Origin: Candidatus Hermodarchaeota archaeon | Lineage (GTDB): Archaea > Asgardarchaeota > Lokiarchaeia > Sigyniarchaeales > SOKP01 | Length of the DNA: 37,963 nucleotides | NCBI GenBank assembly: GCA_048885925.1 | Contig: JBHLLG010000025.1 | Span: forward strand, 1 to 37,963 | Direction of reading: 5' to 3' | In this document: positions 9,715 through 19,209 of the stretch, one piece after another | How positions within the stretch are numbered: position 1 is the first letter of the stretch | How the letters are laid out: every line of letters starts with the position of its first letter | The notes under the pieces: model-generated | Told to the model about the DNA's origin: nothing | What the model saw: only the letters and a program-made list of their open reading frames with translations | Databases searched by the model: none | Made by a program: the position numbers and the translations under genes

Positions 9715-11400
9715 TTGAAGATGAACAAAAAATTGAAAAAAATTCATCCAATTAAGTACATCTTTAGATTTTCATTTTTAATTATAGGAATATCTATAAT
9801 CTTTATAGGTCTTTTACTTTTTTTAATAGATTTTGATTTTGGGATTCTAATTAATGATATTAATATCTCCTTTATAATCAATATTTTGATTCTTATTATT
9901 GGAATAATTATAGCTTCAAGATTCTTTATTATGCCATATTATTTACGAGAAAATTCAATTACAGTTAAAAATTTGCTCGATTTAGAAGAACCTATAGATT
10001 ATTATGTAAAATTCTATTCATTCGCAATAACAAGACTAATAGCAGCTATATTACTAATTACAGCCGGATTAATATCGTTCCTCACCTTTGGATCAGAAAT
10101 TAAATTCAATCAAACAAGATATGGAATTGCTATAATTCTTGGTAATCGATCATTTTTTTACATAACTGGAGTTCCAGCTCTAGGGATTGGATTTAGTTTA
10201 TTATTTTATTTTCTTCAAAGTCCTTTTAGAGGAATTTTTTCTCAATCGAAAAATTTCTACTATTTCTTTGAAATGAGACCTTTATGTCCATATTTAACAG
10301 AAATTCCAAAAAAAGAGATTGAACTCATAAAGTATCAAAATAATCATTTAGATTCAAAATTATTTTGGATAATTCTATTATTACCTTTTATAATAATACA
10401 ACTTATGATAGGGGTCTCTTCATTTGTGGAAAAGAACGTTGATTTATATTATATTCCATCGTGGACTTTTATTATGATTTCAATCTTAGAAATAATTGCT
10501 CTAGGATTATTAATAATGTTTCAGCAAAATCAATTTGGGATTTTAACAAAAACTCACCTATATAAGTTGTGGTTTTCTCCTGTTAAGTTAAGAAATCGTT
10601 CAGATTTAATGAAAAGTTTTAGTAATTTATTAAAATATGAAACTGGAGAATCTTTCACACGTAATCACAATAATAACTCAAAATTCTTAGATTTAGATAA
10701 TAGACATATACAGTTGTTTAAATTTATTTTGGCACTTTTCTTAATTATATCAGGACTCTTTATGCCAACTAATATAATATTATTTGGTCCATTATTTTGG
10801 TGGATTGCAGTAATGTATGGTTTTATTTTATTAGTAAAAAGCATTTCCCTTGATTTTAGTAAAAAAGGAGGAGATAAATTTTATTATGATAAAGAAATGG
10901 AAACTTTTATATTTCAACGAAAATTTAGCTATAAGTTCCAATATGTATTTGCTTATCAAGTTAAATCTCTCAAAATAAGAAAGTGGTATAGAAATTTGGA
11001 TTTTTTTGATTTTTTCGGACTTGGAAGTATATTAATAATAATAATGATTCAACAAATAGAAAACTGGACTATTATTGATACGGTTTCGAATATTGATAAT
11101 AAGGTAATAAGTAGTTTATATATGATTGTTGTAGTTTTTTTTATATTTTTATATGTATGTGTTCCTATTGATGTAGTTGAATTTAAAACACCTTCAATAA
11201 CTCATAGGATTCATGTTACATTGAGATCTAAAAAGCAGAATAAAACTCAAAAGGTTTTCAATAATATGAAAAAATTTCCAACTGAAATTTTAAAGGAGGA
11301 TATGATTAGGACATTTTACATAAGACTATTTATGATTCTTTTATTAATTTTAGGGTCTATAATTTATTCAGTCTATAAAATAACCTCATTTATTGACTAA
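9715..11400 (+). CDS. Polytopic membrane protein, unknown function (ATG at 9721 likely start)
   Basis: 561-aa ORF with paired TM helices alternating with short soluble segments. Confidence 0.75.
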   Translation: MKMNKKLKKIHPIKYIFRFSFLIIGISIIFIGLLLFLIDFDFGILINDINISFIINILILIIGIIIASRFFIMPYYLRENSITVKNLLDLEEPIDYYVKFYSFAITRLIAAILLITAGLISFLTFGSEIKFNQTRYGIAIILGNRSFFYITGVPALGIGFSLLFYFLQSPFRGIFSQSKNFYYFFEMRPLCPYLTEIPKKEIELIKYQNNHLDSKLFWIILLLPFIIIQLMIGVSSFVEKNVDLYYIPSWTFIMISILEIIALGLLIMFQQNQFGILTKTHLYKLWFSPVKLRNRSDLMKSFSNLLKYETGESFTRNHNNNSKFLDLDNRHIQLFKFILALFLIISGLFMPTNIILFGPLFWWIAVMYGFILLVKSISLDFSKKGGDKFYYDKEMETFIFQRKFSYKFQYVFAYQVKSLKIRKWYRNLDFFDFFGLGSILIIIMIQQIENWTIIDTVSNIDNKVISSLYMIVVVFFIFLYVCVPIDVVEFKTPSITHRIHVTLRSKKQNKTQKVFNNMKKFPTEILKEDMIRTFYIRLFMILLLILGSIIYSVYKITSFID

Positions 11401-11471
11401 TTTAGATTTTTATCTTCGAATTATTTTTTTGTAATCATTATTGTTTTATTATAAGCACTATTCTTCTAATT

Positions 11472-11738
11472 ATGTCTGAACAAACTTCAATATTGTTATA
11501 TATTAAAAATATGCTTGCAGATTTAATTTATATCAATGGTATCATAGCCACAGAGTTAATTAAAGTTACCGAAAACACTGCTACAATCCGTAAAGGAGAA
11601 GAATTTTTGGATAAGACAAGCTGTCTGGCAGAGCATCATACATTAAATCAGAAGATAATTGAAATATTAAAAAAATATCAAAGAAAACCTGGAGATACAT
11701 CGAGTTTAGAAAACCACGTATTAAAACATCAAAAATAA
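11472..11738 (+). CDS. Small hypothetical protein
   Basis: 88-aa ATG ORF heading a co-oriented run (11472-13895) with short spacers. Confidence 0.7.
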   Translation: MSEQTSILLYIKNMLADLIYINGIIATELIKVTENTATIRKGEEFLDKTSCLAEHHTLNQKIIEILKKYQRKPGDTSSLENHVLKHQK

Positions 11739-11754
11739 ATTCCAAATTTGTATT

Positions 11755-12195
11755 ATGATGAAAAATAATTTTGATGACTTTGTAAATAAACTTCAAAAAA
11801 AAATATTAAAGATGGATATTGAGGAGTATAATGAAAAGATAGTAAATCTATATTATACACCCTATAATTGGGGGAAACCTCCGAAAGAAGATATAACAAT
11901 TTTCGAAGAGGGAAGAGGTGGGCTTAAAAATTATTTTTTAGGGTTATATTTAAAAATTGAGAATGATAAAATCGTTAAAGCATATTTTCAAACTGATGGA
12001 TGTGGTGTAATGATAGCAACTGCGAGTCAAACTATGATATTAATTGAAGAAAAGTCAATGCAATTCGCTGAAGATTTAAAAGCAGAAGATATTAATAAAG
12101 CACTTATGGGTTTACCTGAAGATGAAAAACATTGTATTGATTTTACAATTAAAACTCTTAAAAGTTTAATTAAAAAATATAAAGGAGAAATTTAG
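11755..12195 (+). CDS. IscU/NifU-N type Fe-S scaffold homolog, degenerate first Cys motif
   Basis: Y.P.NWG, LYLKIEND.I..A.FQTDGCG..IA.AS and LMGLPEDEKHC; the usual CGD motif is absent. Confidence 0.85.
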   Translation: MMKNNFDDFVNKLQKKILKMDIEEYNEKIVNLYYTPYNWGKPPKEDITIFEEGRGGLKNYFLGLYLKIENDKIVKAYFQTDGCGVMIATASQTMILIEEKSMQFAEDLKAEDINKALMGLPEDEKHCIDFTIKTLKSLIKKYKGEI

Positions 12196-12207
12196 TTTAG
12201 AATAATT

Positions 12208-12930
12208 ATGATGTCATTAAAAATTGAAAATATAGATATTCCTATTGAATCAGAGGATATCATACTTAAAGGATCAATTTATTATATGTCAGATACTCCA
12301 TCGAAAGCCCCATGGATAATTAATCTAGCAGGATTTTTAGAACATCGAGAAAGCAAATTTGTTAAAGGGTTTTCTGAACGTTTTGCTAGCTCTGGATATT
12401 ATGTTTTATCGTATGATTATCGTAATCATGGTGAAACTGCAATTGATGGAGAGAGAGTTGATTTTATAAAAACGACACCAAAGATTTTTTCTGATTTAAA
12501 CGAAGTAATTAGTTGGTTATTGAAAAATCAGTCAGATAGACTTCTAGAAGATAAAATCGGGCTTTTTGGAAGAAGTTATGGTGGGGCAATAATCTTAACT
12601 CACGGTTTTATAGACAGAAGAATAAAAATCTTAATAGCTCTATGTACTAGATATGATTATAGCACAGTTAATTTAAAAATTCCTGAAGATCTTATAAAGA
12701 GAGTAAGTCCAAAGTATTTTTTGAAAAAGGATCCTTTAAATAATAAAAGAATCTTTTTAGCCCATTGTAAAGATGATTCAAGAATGCCTTTTCATAATGT
12801 TATTCAAATTAAAGAACATTTAGGTTTAAATGATGAAAATGTAATAATATATGATACAGGAGGTCATTCATTTAAAGGGCATCGAGATCATCTATTTGAA
12901 CAAGTACTTAAGTTCTTGAAAAAAATATAA
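12208..12930 (+). CDS. Alpha/beta hydrolase
   Basis: YDYRNHGET, nucleophile elbow GRSYGG, HCKDD acid and GGH His. Confidence 0.9.
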   Translation: MMSLKIENIDIPIESEDIILKGSIYYMSDTPSKAPWIINLAGFLEHRESKFVKGFSERFASSGYYVLSYDYRNHGETAIDGERVDFIKTTPKIFSDLNEVISWLLKNQSDRLLEDKIGLFGRSYGGAIILTHGFIDRRIKILIALCTRYDYSTVNLKIPEDLIKRVSPKYFLKKDPLNNKRIFLAHCKDDSRMPFHNVIQIKEHLGLNDENVIIYDTGGHSFKGHRDHLFEQVLKFLKKI

Positions 12931-12977
12931 GAAAAGCAATCATAAAATAAGTAATAAAATTCAAAATTAAATTTTTA

Positions 12978-13895
12978 TTGGGTTTAAAAATGGAGAATAA
13001 AATTTTGATAACTGGTCCTGCCTCTCAAATTCTCGGTTTGAAGATTGCTCAAGAGCTAGGAATTGAAGCAATAAATACAGAGACAAAAAATTTTCCAGAT
13101 GGAGAGAATTATTTAAGAATTAATATAGAAGATGAAACTATAATAGCAGGGAAAGAAGTTATAATTGTTCATTCAACAGGTCCTAGCTCGAGCGGTAATC
13201 AAAATTCTCGATTATTAGAACTTTTGATGATGATTGATTCTGTTAAACGTATGGGTGCTATCAAAGTTATCGTTGTTGTTCCTTATTTAGCCTATGCACG
13301 CCAAGATAAAATATTCAGACCAGGAGAAAGCCAATTCGCTTATGTAATTATACGCTTAATAAATTCCTTAGGTATTGACGAATTTTATGTTGTTGATATA
13401 CATGCTCCTTCAATTATAGATGAATGCATATGCAAAGCAATAAATATAGATTCTATGAAATTACTTGCGGATTATGTTAAAGTAAAAGGAGCTAGAGATA
13501 TCGTTGTTATAGCTCCAGATAAAGGTGCTATTGAAAGATCTACTGCTTTTTCTAAGCACCTTGGAGAAAATATTCCTGTAGAAGTATTAGAAAAAGAGAG
13601 GGATGTTAAAACCGGTAAAATACAAATGAGTGGAAATTTAAATCTCAAGGATAAAGATATTGTTATTGCTGATGATATTATTGCTACAGGAGGTACCATG
13701 GCTACAGCAATAAAGTTAGCAAAAGAAGCTGGTGCTAGAAAAATTTTTGTTGTCGCTACACATGCATTATTATTAGAACAAGCAAAATTTAGAATCATAA
13801 AAGCTGGAGCTGATGAAATTATTGGAACTGATTCAATTGATAATGAAGCGAGTAAAGTTTCATTAGCAAAAGTAATTGCTGATTATTTAAAATAA
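12978..13895 (+). CDS. prs: Ribose-phosphate pyrophosphokinase (ATG at 12990 likely start)
   Basis: FPDGE, VPYLAYARQDK, VDIH, IAPDKGA, PRT loop IADDIIATGGTM, ATH and GTDSI. Confidence 0.97.
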   Translation: MGLKMENKILITGPASQILGLKIAQELGIEAINTETKNFPDGENYLRINIEDETIIAGKEVIIVHSTGPSSSGNQNSRLLELLMMIDSVKRMGAIKVIVVVPYLAYARQDKIFRPGESQFAYVIIRLINSLGIDEFYVVDIHAPSIIDECICKAINIDSMKLLADYVKVKGARDIVVIAPDKGAIERSTAFSKHLGENIPVEVLEKERDVKTGKIQMSGNLNLKDKDIVIADDIIATGGTMATAIKLAKEAGARKIFVVATHALLLEQAKFRIIKAGADEIIGTDSIDNEASKVSLAKVIADYLK

Positions 13896-13908
13896 GTAAT
13901 TTGTAAAA

Positions 13909-14505
13909 TTAATAAGTATTAATAATTTCTATAACGACTTTTCTTGTTTTTTTCTTTAAATCCTTAATTGTAGAATTATTTAAGATCATATAATTGGCAA
14001 TTTCTATAACTTTATCTAGTCCAAAATTTATCTCTCTTTTATCTCTCTCCTTTAAATCTTCGAGAGTTTTTGGATCATCACTCCGACCTCTACTAATAAG
14101 GCGTTTAAATCTTCTTTTTTCATCAACAACTATTGCTACAATTGGGAATTTCCAATATTGTCTAAATATATTAACTTCAGAGAGAGATCTAATCCCATCA
14201 ACAAAGATTACCTCTTCATTTAAATCTTTTATTAGATCTACACATTTATCAGCAATTATTGCAGGTCCGCCTGTTTTACGCAACTCAGTAGCAATTTTAC
14301 CAATATTATTACGAGTAGGTTTTAAATTTCTTTTATTAGTTTCATTTCGAACAATATCACCCATGGTAACAACAATTCCTAAATCTTCTATTGCTTTTAT
14401 TGCAGTTGATTTTCCAGAACCTGGAAGTCCACAAATTGCTAACACTTTTCGTTTTATATCTCGAGTTTTTTTGTTATAATTTAACTTACTTTCATCCATT
14501 TGCAT
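13909..14505 (-). CDS. UPF0200 / archaeal dephospho-CoA kinase-like P-loop kinase
   Basis: GLPGSGKS, MGD.VR, VDGIRS..EV, R..RL..RGRSDD and RD.RE..FG. Confidence 0.85.
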   Translation of the reverse strand: MQMDESKLNYNKKTRDIKRKVLAICGLPGSGKSTAIKAIEDLGIVVTMGDIVRNETNKRNLKPTRNNIGKIATELRKTGGPAIIADKCVDLIKDLNEEVIFVDGIRSLSEVNIFRQYWKFPIVAIVVDEKRRFKRLISRGRSDDPKTLEDLKERDKREINFGLDKVIEIANYMILNNSTIKDLKKKTRKVVIEIINTY

Positions 14506-14715
14506 TTCATAAGTTCTATAATTAATAATTATTACATTTACACTTTTTACTAATGTTCTTTACTTATTTTATCTTTTTAAAAATTCTAAGATTAGAATGA
14601 GAAGAATAATTATCATTGACTATAATTTAAATAGTTAAACTTTGTTTAAATTCTATATAGAATAATTTATTATATTTTTAAAGAATAATATCGCAAATCA
14701 ATAATTACTAGATTT

Positions 14716-15843
14716 ATGCCAAAAAAAAGAAAAGTTGAACCATTCAAGTCTGAAGTGTTATTAAATTTTAAAGCATATAAGAGAATCGTAGGTTATTCGA
14801 TAAGATATGCCAATAACGATCAAAATCCAGATAAATGGCGAGAAGTATATGGAATTTTAATTGGATCTATAGAAAATAAATCTAAAGTTATTGTAAAAGA
14901 TGCTATTCCTATGGTTGTTGGAGATAGAGCAGGTGTAAAATATGAGAATAAACAATATGTCGATATGGCACAAATTGATGCATCGGTATTCGAAAGATCT
15001 ATTCAAGATGAAAAAAATGATTTTATCATAGGTTGGTTTCACACTCATCCAGGATTCGGTTTCTTTTTTAGCCCGATCGATTGTATGACACAATTAGGAT
15101 ATCAAATACCTAATCCATTTGCAGTAGGACTAATTTTTGACCATTGTAAAAAAAAGTCTAATTTGCATTTTTTAGGAGTTGCTGGACTGAGATTAAAAGA
15201 TCCAGAATTAGGGATTTCTTCTACATATGATTTAGTTGAATTAAAATATGAATTAAAAAAAGAAGAGATGGTAGCAAAAGTTGATAAAGTAATAGAAAAA
15301 GTAAATAAAAATATAGAAAAAGTACTAAAGGAACTTCAATATATTGATGTGGTTCTCCGTAAAAAAGCATTTGCTCAATTACAACGAAATTATGGTTTAA
15401 TTTTAGTACCTAAGGAGGATATTATTGTAACAGATGATATTGAAGTAGCGGAAGAGGATGAAAGATATTTATATGAATGGGATCCTGATTATTTCAAAAA
15501 GTCATACCGTATTCCTAGATTTAGAGAAAAAATAGAAAATATAATTGCTAATACCTATGATGAATTAGATGGACTTTTAGAAAAAAAAGAAAATGAAAAA
15601 TATAATACTAAAAGAGTGAAATTAACCAAAAAAATTCAAAATATGTTGAAGACCCCAAATGAATGGTATGAAAAATTAATAAATGACTTCTCTAAAAGAA
15701 TTGAAAATGTATTTCCTTTTTACTTATATCTTGACACTAATGAAAGAAAAATCATTGAATATTTAGAAGAGAAAAGTTCTGATTATTACAAAATCTTAGA
15801 TGAGTTAAATAAAAGATCGGAATTAAAATTCAGTTTGGATTAA
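14716..15843 (+). CDS. MPN+/JAMM metalloprotease (Rpn11/CSN5-like) with helical C-terminal extension
   Basis: EVYGILIG, DAIP and IIGWFHTHPGFGFFFSPIDCMTQ give an intact E...HxHx7SxxD motif. Confidence 0.9.
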   Translation: MPKKRKVEPFKSEVLLNFKAYKRIVGYSIRYANNDQNPDKWREVYGILIGSIENKSKVIVKDAIPMVVGDRAGVKYENKQYVDMAQIDASVFERSIQDEKNDFIIGWFHTHPGFGFFFSPIDCMTQLGYQIPNPFAVGLIFDHCKKKSNLHFLGVAGLRLKDPELGISSTYDLVELKYELKKEEMVAKVDKVIEKVNKNIEKVLKELQYIDVVLRKKAFAQLQRNYGLILVPKEDIIVTDDIEVAEEDERYLYEWDPDYFKKSYRIPRFREKIENIIANTYDELDGLLEKKENEKYNTKRVKLTKKIQNMLKTPNEWYEKLINDFSKRIENVFPFYLYLDTNERKIIEYLEEKSSDYYKILDELNKRSELKFSLD

Positions 15844-16003
15844 TAAAAATTTATTATGTTGCTTTTATCAAACTTTAAAAGTATAAAAAGATATAATCAA
15901 TTTAAGAACTTTAGTAAAATTTTATATTATTATTAAAATTATTAAGAATTAAGCTTCTTTTTAAAAAAGTATAAAATTTTATTGCGAATAATGAGGTTCG
16001 TAC

Positions 16004-16330
16004 ATGGTTAATGAAACTACAATTATAATAAGACATAGAAACGACAAAGAGAAATCAATTAAAGATGCAATTTTTGCTTTTTCTGGGGGTAGGAAATCAT
16101 TATTGATAAAGGGTGAAGGAGATGAAATTAGCACTGCTGTTGAAGTTGCTGAAATATTAAAAAAACGCATGTATCCAAGAATAGAAATTGCAAGCGTTTC
16201 TTTAGGAAGTCGACCTTTTTTCGATAATAGAGAACGTAGGTATCATAAGAAAAATATAAATTTAAAAAATAAAAATAAAGATTTAATTTCTAATATTGAA
16301 ATTACACTTCAAACCAAATCAATTGATTAA
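16004..16330 (+). CDS. Alba-superfamily nucleic-acid-binding protein (divergent)
   Basis: LLIKGEGDEISTAVEVAEILKKR...I..V.LGS...ISNIEITL follows the Alba pattern IKARG.aIs.AV.vae...S.IEI.L. Confidence 0.8.
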   Translation: MVNETTIIIRHRNDKEKSIKDAIFAFSGGRKSLLIKGEGDEISTAVEVAEILKKRMYPRIEIASVSLGSRPFFDNRERRYHKKNINLKNKNKDLISNIEITLQTKSID

Positions 16331-16334
16331 GTTT

Positions 16335-16520
16335 ATGAAATCAGATGTTAAATCTAATTTTGAACATTTAGGACCATTGCTTGAGGAGACTCGTCTCGAA
16401 GCTATATGTGAGATTTGTAATAATTTCATTTATAGACAAATTTATTATGATGAGAACTCTAAGAAAAAAAGGAAAACTGTTTTTGTTTGTAAGAATTGTT
16501 TAAAAAAACAAATAAAATAG
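16335..16520 (+). CDS. Small CxxC...CxxC zinc-ribbon protein
   Basis: CEIC and CKNC; ATG at 16335, 4 nt after the Alba stop, is preferred over the track TTG at 16296. Confidence 0.65.
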   Translation: MKSDVKSNFEHLGPLLEETRLEAICEICNNFIYRQIYYDENSKKKRKTVFVCKNCLKKQIK

Positions 16521-16522
16521 TA

Positions 16523-17353
16523 TTAATTTAGTCTTGATTCTTTATTTTGAAGCTTCTTCTGACTCCGCTTCTCAAGATATTTAGTCCAATTAAAAGACAT
16601 AATAAAAAACATAACTGTAATTGTAACTATTAGAAGTATAGCTTCTGAAATTATACTTGAGATATCATTGGACTCAAGCCCTTGAGCAACAAATCCAATT
16701 GCAACAAAAATCGGCCAACAACAATAAAATAAAGTTGTAAAATTTTTACCTAACCAACCAGGAATAATGCATTTCCAAAAAGGATATTTAATCATACCTA
16801 AAGGTAAAAATAAAATATCATCTGGAAGAGGTGTTAATGCAAATAGAAATATGTATAAAGGTGTACGTTTTTTATTTTCTAATATTAATCTTCCAAAACC
16901 ATCTATATTATCTAAAACAATTGAATCTCTTTGTTCTGCTATCTTTTTTGTTCCATACCCTACAGCATAGCCAGAAAGTTCCCCTAATGCACTACCCAGT
17001 CCGCCTATTAAGGCAAGACCGATAATTTCAATCCAGAAAGCTCCGTTTTGTAATACTTGGGTAATTTCTAATCCTATATTGGAATATTTAAGATAAACTG
17101 AATTAGAGAGGGAAAATAAAACAAAAGGAAATGGTATTGGAAAGCCTATTGATGCAGAGCCTAAAAAGCATATTACAAGAGAAATCAATAGCGCCCAAAA
17201 ATAGTTTGAACCTTGTGTAATAACTATTAAATTTTGTCTTAAAGTAATAATAAATTTTTGAAAACCGGGTACAAGAATAAATAAAAACAAATAGATAAAT
17301 ACAATGAAATAGCAGATAATAAATACTAAAGTTAATTTTTTAGAAACTGCCAT
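16523..17353 (-). CDS. DedA/VTT (SNARE-associated) family membrane protein
   Basis: IGFPIPF re-entrant segment, GLGSALGELSGYAVGYG, FLFALTPLPDD..F.PLG...YP and GK. Confidence 0.9.
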   Translation of the reverse strand: MAVSKKLTLVFIICYFIVFIYLFLFILVPGFQKFIITLRQNLIVITQGSNYFWALLISLVICFLGSASIGFPIPFPFVLFSLSNSVYLKYSNIGLEITQVLQNGAFWIEIIGLALIGGLGSALGELSGYAVGYGTKKIAEQRDSIVLDNIDGFGRLILENKKRTPLYIFLFALTPLPDDILFLPLGMIKYPFWKCIIPGWLGKNFTTLFYCCWPIFVAIGFVAQGLESNDISSIISEAILLIVTITVMFFIMSFNWTKYLEKRSQKKLQNKESRLN

Positions 17354-17357
17354 ATTC

Positions 17358-17735
17358 TTATTTTGTCCTTAATAATCTTGTGTTTAATCCATTTCTAGCA
17401 TTCAAGACTTTTTCAAGATTACTATTTACTTTTCCAATTAAATTTACTTTATTTGGCATTTCAATATTTTCAATAACTATTATTAATTCATCCGTTTTGG
17501 GATTGTATATAATATCACCTTTTTTTACACTGGTTGTTGATTTGGGATTAATTCCTTTAAATATTTCTACACCAGGCAACGTCCAATACTTTTTTGAGCC
17601 AAAACTAAATCTTCCTCTTAAGGCAAAAGGTAATTTATCAATTAAAGCATCAGCAGTAAGAGGATTAATATGTCGAATAATGGTGGCGTCTAACGTGACA
17701 ATTCCAAACAATTCAATCTTTATTGGTACACTCAT
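17358..17735 (-). CDS. Cyclophilin-like fold protein (DUF369/TM1367-like)
   Basis: NPLTADALIDKLP, V.KGDI.Y.P and VNLIGKV. Confidence 0.75.
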   Translation of the reverse strand: MSVPIKIELFGIVTLDATIIRHINPLTADALIDKLPFALRGRFSFGSKKYWTLPGVEIFKGINPKSTTSVKKGDIIYNPKTDELIIVIENIEMPNKVNLIGKVNSNLEKVLNARNGLNTRLLRTK

Positions 17736-18330
17736 ATTTTATAAATAATGAAATTTATAGTATTTATTTTATTTTAATCTAATTCATAAATTCATTTAAT
17801 TTACGTCAATACAATTATGAATATATTATTTATTTTAATAAGAAGATTTAAATAAAAAAAGTTTCATATATTTAGTTGGAGGATAATAGGTTTTTTGCAT
17901 TGGTATTTGATACAAAATTACGGTTATTACGCCGGATTAGTTATATATACTTATTGAATCAATCCTTAATTTCTGACATTTTTTTTGTTTCTGAGGATTC
18001 AAAATATTCTTGTAAATTTTATATTCATTTTTCACCTTAGTGCTTAAAACAGAAGATTTAGGTTATACTTTAATAGCAATATTTAATTCAGCACTTTGGA
18101 TTAACATTTAAAGTTTTTCGTTAAATTTGCGATTTAATTTATACATAGTTGGACCTTTAAGACAATTTAACACAAAAATTTGAATTCTTGTGGAATTTTT
18201 TGGTATTTTTTTTTTACCTGAGACAAGGAGACATGTATTACATTAAATCGGAATTATTAAATAGGAGCTTTGATTTCATAATTGGTTCATTGGATATTTT
18301 CTTTTATTCCCATGAATAATTATACTTAGA

Positions 18331-19209
18331 TTAATCGGAGCACCTATTGTCCTCTCTTTTTTTTTTATTAAAATTAATTAAATCTTCTATACTATCAATA
18401 TCAGTAAAATCGTACCTAGATTCTACCTTAAAAGTCAAAATTTTCTTTTTATTTTCTATTATATAATTTAATGATTCCCAAACTGTTTTTACTGGGATTT
18501 CTTTTTTTAAGCTAAAGATTTCATTGATTATTTCATAACTGAATACAAAAGATGGAATTACTTGATTTATTACATCCTTAGGAGAAAGATTTTTTAATTT
18601 AACTTGGTTTATTTTTTTCAAATTCATCTCTAAACCAATTTTTTCAACTTCAGCGACAGATATAGACTTTTTTCCTGGATACGATTCTTTAAAAGTGTCT
18701 AATTCTATTTTTCTATAAAGTACAAATGGAAATGATTGAATTAATTTGAAATTTTTACAAATTATAGATAAAATTTCCTCTAATAGGGGAAAATCAAAAA
18801 TAGTATCACCTGGAATTAATAAATAGTTAAAATTTGGCTTAAAAAAAGTTTGATTCTTAGTTATAGATAAAAAAGAATATAAAGATCCTAATTTATATTG
18901 ATTTTCAGTATCAATTATTATTAACTTATCTTGAAGCATAGAATTTTCTTTTAAAAGAGCAGAAATACAATTTCGAATAGCATCTCCTAAATAGCCTACT
19001 ACTACAGCAATTTTTTTTATTTCTAATTTAATTAAATTATTAATAGTATGACTGAGAATTGAAGAATTATTTAATGTTCCTATTTTAATTAATGATTTGG
19101 GTAAGTTTTTGGTAATTTTTTTGAGCCTTGTTCCTTTCCCCGCACATAAAATAACTGTAAATAAATTGTCTTTATATTCAGTCTTGGGTTGTGACAATTC
19201 TATTCCCAT
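18331..19209 (-). CDS. Nucleotidyltransferase (sugar-phosphate/LicC-like NTP transferase)
   Basis: ILCAGKGTRL...LPKSL, VVVGY, GD.IFD and DIDS.EDL; 5' end overlaps the 3' end of map. Confidence 0.85.
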   Translation of the reverse strand: MGIELSQPKTEYKDNLFTVILCAGKGTRLKKITKNLPKSLIKIGTLNNSSILSHTINNLIKLEIKKIAVVVGYLGDAIRNCISALLKENSMLQDKLIIIDTENQYKLGSLYSFLSITKNQTFFKPNFNYLLIPGDTIFDFPLLEEILSIICKNFKLIQSFPFVLYRKIELDTFKESYPGKKSISVAEVEKIGLEMNLKKINQVKLKNLSPKDVINQVIPSFVFSYEIINEIFSLKKEIPVKTVWESLNYIIENKKKILTFKVESRYDFTDIDSIEDLINFNKKKREDNRCSD

